Positions 58,427-64,000 of a stretch of 64,000 nucleotides of DNA are shown here, one piece after another. The stretch is from contig JBFMHI010000003.1 of the NCBI GenBank assembly GCA_040753085.1, forward strand, positions 2,367 to 66,366, written 5' to 3'. The stretch comes from a bacterium (lineage in GTDB: Bacteria > UBA9089 > JASEGY01). Both the position numbers and the translations under genes were made by a program. The notes beneath the pieces were generated by a model. It was not told the origin of the DNA. It made no database searches and saw only the letters and a program-made list of their open reading frames with translations. Numbering within the stretch: position 1 is the first letter of the stretch; each line of letters opens with the position of its first letter.

Positions 58427-58756
58427 TTATGAACTTTCCTTACCTCCTTTTATTCGAGATCTATCAACTATTTTCAAGTCACCTGAGTCTAAAGAAGGTA
58501 AAAGAATAGTCCTGGTTGATTCAGGGCCGAGTAACCCTAAACGGTGCTTTGCAATTGCCTCGATTCTGGCTAAAGATCTCAACCGGGCTAAATCGGCTTT
58601 AGCCCGAGAATTAATTTGCTGCAACAAATCCTTTTCGTCTTTTAAGCCGGCTATTTGGTAGCCTAAGGAAATTATTTGAATCTGCTGCCAGACATGGGCA
58701 AAAATTAAAACAAAAATGATTACGAGAAATATCAAATAAAGAGGACCAAATCTCAA
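58427..58756 (-). CDS. ftsL: cell division protein FtsL
   Basis: TM then coiled coil then RIEAIAKHRLGLLGP (FtsL signature RIE.IA...LGM..P). Confidence 0.7.
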   Translation of the reverse strand: MRFGPLYLIFLVIIFVLIFAHVWQQIQIISLGYQIAGLKDEKDLLQQINSRAKADLARLRSLARIEAIAKHRLGLLGPESTRTILLPSLDSGDLKIVDRSRIKGGKESS

Positions 58757-58838
58757 GGTTGTCCCCCCCTTTCTTGCTGGGATGAAAGGTTTGATCTCTG
58801 GCAGGTTAAAACTATAAGGAGGAGTTACTACCGCTCGG

Positions 58839-59759
58839 CTATTGGCTCCTTACCTCCACCGCTCTCAGTTTGGCGCTCCGGGAACGAGGGTTATTCTTTA
58901 TCTCAAGCTCAGAAGGCCTGGCCGGCTTGACGGTCAAGACAGCCGCCCAATTTTGCCTTGCCCAGTCCTTAAAGGTATGCTTAACGATCCGGTCTTCCAG
59001 ACTCTGAAAAGAAATAACGACCACTCTTCCTCCCGGGCCCAAAACGCCGGGAACTTGATTCAGGAATTCCTTCAGGGCTTCCAACTCATCGTTTACAGCT
59101 ATTCTTAAGGCTTGAAAGGTCCGCGTGGCCGGATGAATCCTGGCTCTTCGTCGAAAAGTTACGACCGTAGTAATAAGCTCAACCAGACGTGAAACAGAAG
59201 TGATTCTTCCTTCCCGTCTACGATTTAGAACAATTAGCTTAGCAATTCTTTTGGCTGCCTTCTCTTCTCCGTATTTTTTGAAAATACCAGCTAATTCATC
59301 TTCTTTTAGGTCATTGACTAAATCAGCCGCCGTAAGTTGATTCCGGCTATTCATCCTCATATCCAGAGAACCGTCACGCTGAAAAGAAAAGCCTCGTCTC
59401 GGATCTTCTAATTGGTATGAGGAAACCCCCAGGTCGGCGGTAATGCCCCTTATTCGACCTGAAAACCCCTCTCCGGTCAAAATAGACTTAAGATGTCTGA
59501 AATTACCATGAACTAATTTAACCCTGTCTTTATATGGGGCCAATCTGAGCCTGGCCCTTTCCAGCACGGCTTCGTCCTGATCCAGGCCAATGACATACCC
59601 GCCCGCCTTCAGGATGGCCTCCGTATGTCCCCCTTCACCTACCGTAGCGTCTACTATATATCCCCTATTATTATCGGCTTCCACTTTAAGAAACTTTAAA
59701 ACCTCTTCGACCATAACCGGTTGGTGGATGGGAGTCATCTGAGTAGTTACATTTACCAT
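58839..59759 (-). CDS. rsmH: 16S rRNA (cytosine1402-N4)-methyltransferase RsmH (MraW)
   Basis: HQPVMVEEVL, DATVGEGGHTEAIL; start possibly M8 (59738). Confidence 0.93.
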   Translation of the reverse strand: MVNVTTQMTPIHQPVMVEEVLKFLKVEADNNRGYIVDATVGEGGHTEAILKAGGYVIGLDQDEAVLERARLRLAPYKDRVKLVHGNFRHLKSILTGEGFSGRIRGITADLGVSSYQLEDPRRGFSFQRDGSLDMRMNSRNQLTAADLVNDLKEDELAGIFKKYGEEKAAKRIAKLIVLNRRREGRITSVSRLVELITTVVTFRRRARIHPATRTFQALRIAVNDELEALKEFLNQVPGVLGPGGRVVVISFQSLEDRIVKHTFKDWARQNWAAVLTVKPARPSELEIKNNPRSRSAKLRAVEVRSQ

Positions 59760-59781
59760 TCGCCATTTATTTATTTATTTA

Positions 59782-60231
59782 TTACTCACCCGTTTCTGCC
59801 ATCTTACATTTCTTCCTGGCCTCTAATCTAAGCCTCCGCTGTTTATCATAATTTTCCCATACCTTGATCGCCCATATTTCAATCCTATCGGGGAGGCCAA
59901 CAATAAGGATATCTTTTTTTATTTGGGCTAAGTCTATTAGATGTTGAGGGATAGATAAACGGCCTTGCTTTTCGCTGAGGGTACATTCAGCGGCGTTGTA
60001 ATACCGGGTTCGAATGAAGTCTCGATCATCTTCATTCCCATCGAAAGATCTTTCGGCTTCGAGTTTTTTTTCTAACTCATCCCAGCGATGTTTGGTAAAG
60101 AGGTAGAGAGACCCGTCTTCTTCATTAAAGGTAAGGAAAAACTCATTAGTACCGGCACTCTTACGGAGCTTTGAAGGCATTATAAATCTACCTTTATCGT
60201 CAAGAGTATGCCGATAATTGCCTATAAACAT
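59782..60231 (-). CDS. mraZ: transcriptional regulator MraZ
   Basis: MFIGNYRHTLDDKGRFIMPSKLR tandem MraZ/AbrB-like domains. Confidence 0.93.
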   Translation of the reverse strand: MFIGNYRHTLDDKGRFIMPSKLRKSAGTNEFFLTFNEEDGSLYLFTKHRWDELEKKLEAERSFDGNEDDRDFIRTRYYNAAECTLSEKQGRLSIPQHLIDLAQIKKDILIVGLPDRIEIWAIKVWENYDKQRRLRLEARKKCKMAETGE

Positions 60232-60630
60232 TGAGCCTTGGCCTCTCTTCTATCGGGTGGGTGTAAAATTACCACAGTGGCAAACTTGTTGGGTATCAAA
60301 AAAGTTCTTGACAACTGAGTTAAAATATGCTAAAGTAAATGTTTAATAATGGGGGGAAGACAGGATAAGATACTAATTGTTAGCGATATTAACTCTAAAT
60401 AATATAAGATGTTATTTTAACATGTGCCCTATCGTTCCTCTATCGTTCCCTTCTGTTACATTTTAGCCCATTTTCGTCCCAAATGTCAAGGAAAAAAAGT
60501 GCTTCTGGGCTAAAAAAATCATATACAATAAATCATATACAATTTATAGTGGTTCGATAGAAGGATAGCCCAATATTTAGTGGTGGCAGATTTAGTTGGA
60601 AGGAAAGAAGAGAAGAAAAAAAAAGGAGAT

Positions 60631-61146
60631 TTAGGCAAGCAGACCGTAAGCCGAGTTCTGTATCCTGCTGTCCGAAGTATAGTTGCCTGCGAGGGTCACT
60701 ATATTTCAGGGTCACAGGTTGGTGATCATCCATCTGGGGTAGATGTTGCCATCTACCTCAAGCGACCAACCCGGGAGAATGGCGGGCTACCATCAAGGAA
60801 GGGCTGATGTAGCCATCAGCTCCCTTAGCTCCCCTATTAGGTCTTTCTCCAGGTGGGGTTTACCAAGCCAGGGAGTCACCTCCCTGCTGGTGAGCTCTTA
60901 CCTCGCCTTTTCACCTTTGCCCTTAGAAGTAGACAGTAGTCAGTAAACAGTAGTCAGTAGTAAACAGCCCATTCTCTACCCCCTACTGTCTACTGTCTAC
61001 TGTCTACTTCCAGTAGGCCGTGTGTTTTCTGTGGCACTTTCCGTAGCCTCACGGCTCCTGGGTATTACCCAGCACCCTGCCCTGTGGAGCTCGGACTTTC
61101 CTCTCCTGCTGAAGCCAGCAGAAGCGATCACCTGGTCTACTTGCCC
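60631..61146 (-). ncRNA. rnpB: RNase P RNA, bacterial type A, with an unusually long repeat-containing P12-like helix
   Basis: on minus strand: GGAAAGUCCGAGCUCCACAGGGCAGGGUGCUGGGUAAUACCCAGG, ACAGAAAACACACGGCC, AAAGGUGAAAAGGCGAGGUAAGAGCUCACCAGC, 3' ACAGAACUCGGCUUA pairing with 5' AAGUCCGAGCU (P4, with compensatory G-C to A-U change relative to E. coli), P1 GGCAAGUAGACC/GGUCUGCUUGCC. Confidence 0.85.
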
Positions 61147-61404
61147 AAAGAAGTTTCGCGTTGGGGGTAGCCGCTGGCGGCTCGTCGTGTTTGGAGTTAA
61201 GCGGCTTGAGCGCCACTTTTTCAAGAGGCAGAATCCGCCTTCCGCCATCCGAAATCCGCCATCAACGGCTATTGCTTTGTCAAGTTAGTATTTGTAGGTA
61301 AAGTCTCTTTAGTTTAATTCGTATTTTCGTTGGCGAATTACCAAACCAACCTAATAAAGACATCGACAAAATATTCAACTTACTTTAATAAACTTGACAA
61401 GGTA

Positions 61405-62343
61405 CTATTCTATGTCCTTTAAATAAGAATCAAAGTAATCAATGGTTGACTTGAGGCCTTCTTCTAGTGAGACTTGTGGTTCCCAACCCAGCAATTTTTT
61501 GGCCTGGTCAATATTAGGCCGCCTTACCCGGGGATCATCCTGGGGGAGTGGATTAAAGACAAGCCGGCTTTTGGCGCCGGTCAATTCCAGGATTTTCTCT
61601 GCAAATTGGAGGATACTCATTTCCGCCGGGTTCCCAAGGTTAACCGGCGCATGGATACCGCTGTTAATAAGCCGGTATATCCCTTCGATAAGATCCGAAA
61701 CATAGCAAAAACTTCGGGTCTGGGAACCGTCTCCAAAGATGGTCAGGGGTTCGCCTTTTAAGGCCTGGCAAATAAAAGCCGGAACTACCCGGCCATCGTT
61801 TATCCGCATTCTGGGACCGTAAGTGTTAAATATCCTGACAATCCTGGTGTCTAATCCATGTGCCCGATGGTAGGCCATCACCAAGGCCTCGCCGTACCTC
61901 TTGGCTTCATCATAGACCCCACGCGGACCAATAGGGTTCACATTACCCCAGTAATCCTCTCCCTGGGGATTAACTAAGGGGTCTCCATATACCTCAGAGG
62001 TGGAAGCCAGTAAATAAGTGGCTCGTTTGGCCTCGGCCAAACCGAGGGTCTTATGCGTCCCTAAAGCGCCCACCTTCAGGGTTTGAATGGGAAGTCTCAT
62101 ATAGTCTATGGGGCTGGCCGGCGAAGCAAAGTGAATAACCAGATCAAGTTTTCCCTCAATCTCGATATATTCCGTCACATCATGTTTATGAAAAGTAAAT
62201 CTTTCATTTTTAATGTGAGCGATATTAGCCATACTCCCGGTAATCAGGTTGTCCATCGCAATGACTTCATGCCCCTTTGAGAGCAAAAAATCACAAAGGT
62301 GAGAACCAAGAAACCCAGCCCCACCAGTAACAAGTATCCGCAT
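61405..62343 (-). CDS. UDP-glucuronate decarboxylase (UDP-xylose synthase, short-chain dehydrogenase/reductase (SDR) epimerase-dehydratase fold)
   Basis: [16 protein letters not shown] Rossmann, catalytic S...YxxxK context, strong RBS GGAGGAGGAGA. Confidence 0.75.
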   Translation of the reverse strand: MRILVTGGAGFLGSHLCDFLLSKGHEVIAMDNLITGSMANIAHIKNERFTFHKHDVTEYIEIEGKLDLVIHFASPASPIDYMRLPIQTLKVGALGTHKTLGLAEAKRATYLLASTSEVYGDPLVNPQGEDYWGNVNPIGPRGVYDEAKRYGEALVMAYHRAHGLDTRIVRIFNTYGPRMRINDGRVVPAFICQALKGEPLTIFGDGSQTRSFCYVSDLIEGIYRLINSGIHAPVNLGNPAEMSILQFAEKILELTGAKSRLVFNPLPQDDPRVRRPNIDQAKKLLGWEPQVSLEEGLKSTIDYFDSYLKDIE

Positions 62344-62723
62344 TTATCTCCTCCTCTCCCTCATATCTTCTCAATATCTGGGCGAAGGTCCGTAATTAGG
62401 TAATCGGTAACAACTGATTACTGGTTACGCCTCACCGATAACCGATCACCTGGTTACCCCGATTTATTGAGAAGATACTCTTCCTCGATAAGCTTGTATT
62501 GTAAGCGTAGAGGTAACTACTACTCAGGTTGTTTAAACTGTAGGCTGAAGGCTGTTAGCTCTTACGCCTTGACCGAATCAGGAGCGCCTAAAAAAAACCT
62601 TCCTGGTTAGCACCATTTGATCACGCCCGATTCCCTCCTACAGCCTAAATACCTTAAAATAAAAATGTTACATTAGATCAGCCCTTTTTAAACCATGCCG
62701 GAAAACTGACCGGATGATATGGC

Positions 62724-63710
62724 TTACTTCATAATCAATTCAGCAAAATCCTCAAATTCTTCCAATGACTCTACTTCTATCCCTTTCCTGAGAAGAACCT
62801 TCAAGATGGAAGCATCTCTTATTTTATTTAATCTCTCCACAATTGACTGGGGAACAGCCTCAAAACGCCGATCAAGAATATCAAGGATTCCCTGCTGCAA
62901 TCCCTGCTGCAATCCCTGCTGCAATCCCCGCTGCATACCTTCTTCTCTTAACACATCAGCTATGGTAGGCATGATCTCACCTCCTTTGTCCGGTAAGGCT
63001 TCATCTACCGCCGCCCTGACCTCTTCATAGGTAACATTAGGGGCAGCATTGAGTATGTATTTCAAAATGGTTTCAAGGTATTCCAGAGCAGTTCCCTTCT
63101 CAGAAAGATTCCTTAAAAGACTAAGTATTCCAGGAAGATGATCTGTTAAATCCTCTCTAAATATGTATTTTAAAATGAGCAGCGTCATCCGCAAGATGAC
63201 CTTCCCCTTGATATCCTCATCATTGTACCCGGACGCATCCCAAAGCAGATACTGAAAATCAGGGATAAAGCAAGCCAGATCATTAGGATAGGCAAAAAGG
63301 TCTCTGAAATTTAACCCGGCCTGCCAGCTTCTATCTCCATGAGACAACACCAAAGGAATAATCACTGGAAATCCAGGCTTCCCTTCCTTCTTAAGCCCCA
63401 TCTCCCAAATCTTCACCATATATCTGAGAAGATAAAAGGCCGTTAATGGTTCTTGAAAGCTCTTGTGCTCAAAAAGGATATACACATACCCCCCTGAACC
63501 GTCTTTGAGGTCTGCCTCGAAAAGCAGATCAGAAAAATACTCCTTCAGGTGTTTATCTATAAATGAATCCTTGGTGTATTCCAGGGAATCCAAGTCAAGC
63601 AGACTAACCACCTTATCAGGCAGATAATTCTGGAGAAATTCCCTGGCTGTATTCTTACGGGTAAAAACCTCTTTGAAGAATTTGTCGTGAGGATTAGTGA
63701 TCTGTTCCAT
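62724..63710 (-). CDS. Rpn-family recombination-promoting nuclease / putative transposase (YhgA-like, PD-(D/E)xK)
   Basis: start taken at MEQITNPHDKFFKEVF (typical Rpn N-terminus; ORF-track start 63836 possible); YVYILFEHKSF core; C-terminal QRGLQQGLQQGLQQGILDILDRRF repeat encoded by a 15-bp x3 DNA repeat. Confidence 0.7.
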   Translation of the reverse strand: MEQITNPHDKFFKEVFTRKNTAREFLQNYLPDKVVSLLDLDSLEYTKDSFIDKHLKEYFSDLLFEADLKDGSGGYVYILFEHKSFQEPLTAFYLLRYMVKIWEMGLKKEGKPGFPVIIPLVLSHGDRSWQAGLNFRDLFAYPNDLACFIPDFQYLLWDASGYNDEDIKGKVILRMTLLILKYIFREDLTDHLPGILSLLRNLSEKGTALEYLETILKYILNAAPNVTYEEVRAAVDEALPDKGGEIMPTIADVLREEGMQRGLQQGLQQGLQQGILDILDRRFEAVPQSIVERLNKIRDASILKVLLRKGIEVESLEEFEDFAELIMK

Positions 63711-63846
63711 AAATAACCTGACTTCCTTACTGAAAACTGGCGCGTAGGCGAGGAAGAATTTACGGTGGCCTTCCAGTTCTAACCGAAGCAAATATCTTAC
63801 CAATTGAAATATAGCATAGATGTTACTTTTTGTCAAATAGAATCTT

Positions 63847-63959
63847 AGAGCCTATCCCAAAACCTCGGACACCAGGCGTCTATAGTTTTCCGTCGGTTTC
63901 AGAAACCAGGTTTCTTGAAGAAACCTGGTTTCTATCGCCTTGGTTTTGGGATAGGCTCT
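63847..63959. repeat. nested palindromic element: outer IR agagcctatcccaaaacc / ggttttgggataggctct enclosing the exact 33-nt palindrome agaaaccaggtttcttgaagaaacctggtttct also present at 4418..4450
   Basis: read directly; immediately upstream of the Rpn gene. Confidence 0.7.
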
Positions 63960-64000
63960 AATTACAGGGTAGAACAGGAGGCAGACACCTCATCTATTTT

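Noticed and set aside
60307-60335. Plus-strand consensus-like promoter TTGACA-17-TAAAGT in the mraZ upstream region, followed by direct repeats cctatcgttcc x2 and aatcatatacaat x2
   Set aside because: It points away from mraZ into ~250 bp with no ORF or recognisable RNA. It could be a divergent or antisense promoter but I cannot support a feature. The mraZ and rnpB promoters themselves were not confidently placed
60580-61288. ORFs 60580..60807(+), 60743..60946(+), 60997..61248(-), 61022..61288(+)
   Set aside because: All lie within the RNase P RNA gene, whose conserved helices explain the sequence

Overview
This 64 kb window appears to come from an uncultivated, T9SS-bearing (FCB-group-like) bacterium, about 47-50% GC, and is riddled with palindromic and short dispersed repeats. 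Three blocks. (1) 1-22.2 kb, minus strand: three tandem giant paralogous secreted proteins (partial at <1..3374, then 4518..9674 at 1718 aa, then 10298..20065 at 3255 aa) built of right-handed beta-helix and FN3-like repeats, each with two dockerin-like Ca-binding repeats and a C-terminal T9SS (Por_Secre_tail) sorting domain. A repeat-rich lipoprotein with a cohesin-like C-terminal domain follows, and a second such lipoprotein lies at 34.8-35.6 kb. The intergenic spacers between the giant genes carry ACGGAT/ATCCGT direct-repeat arrays at about 10-bp spacing, central palindromes showing compensatory changes, and MITE-like hairpin elements. (2) 22.6-47.9 kb: alpha/beta hydrolase, three toxin-antitoxin modules (RHH antitoxin-like plus small partner, VapBC, RelE/ParE), rtcB with archease displaced by a TA module and a transposase-C-terminus-like repeat, a coiled-coil tail-anchored protein with DNA tandem repeats, murJ, hisG, an OLD/PARIS-like ABC-ATPase-Toprim defence candidate, ruvC preceded by a roughly 310-bp GCATCGA heptanucleotide tract and a consensus promoter, folE-folP, cdaA-cdaR-psd-pssA-glmM plus a translationally coupled MetE-core-like gene, a high-GC islet carrying a PLP-dependent decarboxylase, and a trpF pseudogene interrupted by a two-gene nucleotidyltransferase cassette. 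(3) 48-60.2 kb, minus strand: a compact dcw cluster mraZ-rsmH-ftsL-ftsB-like-murE-mraY-ftsW-murC-murB-ftsQ-ftsA-ftsZ, with no ftsI, murD, murF, murG or ddl. After it come RNase P RNA (rnpB) with an expanded repeat-containing helix, a UDP-glucuronate decarboxylase and an Rpn-family nuclease flanked by palindromes. Most plus-strand ORFs of the supplied track that fall inside the giant genes, the GC-rich islet or the heptamer tract are antisense or repeat artefacts. No CRISPR array, rRNA or convincing tRNA was found.
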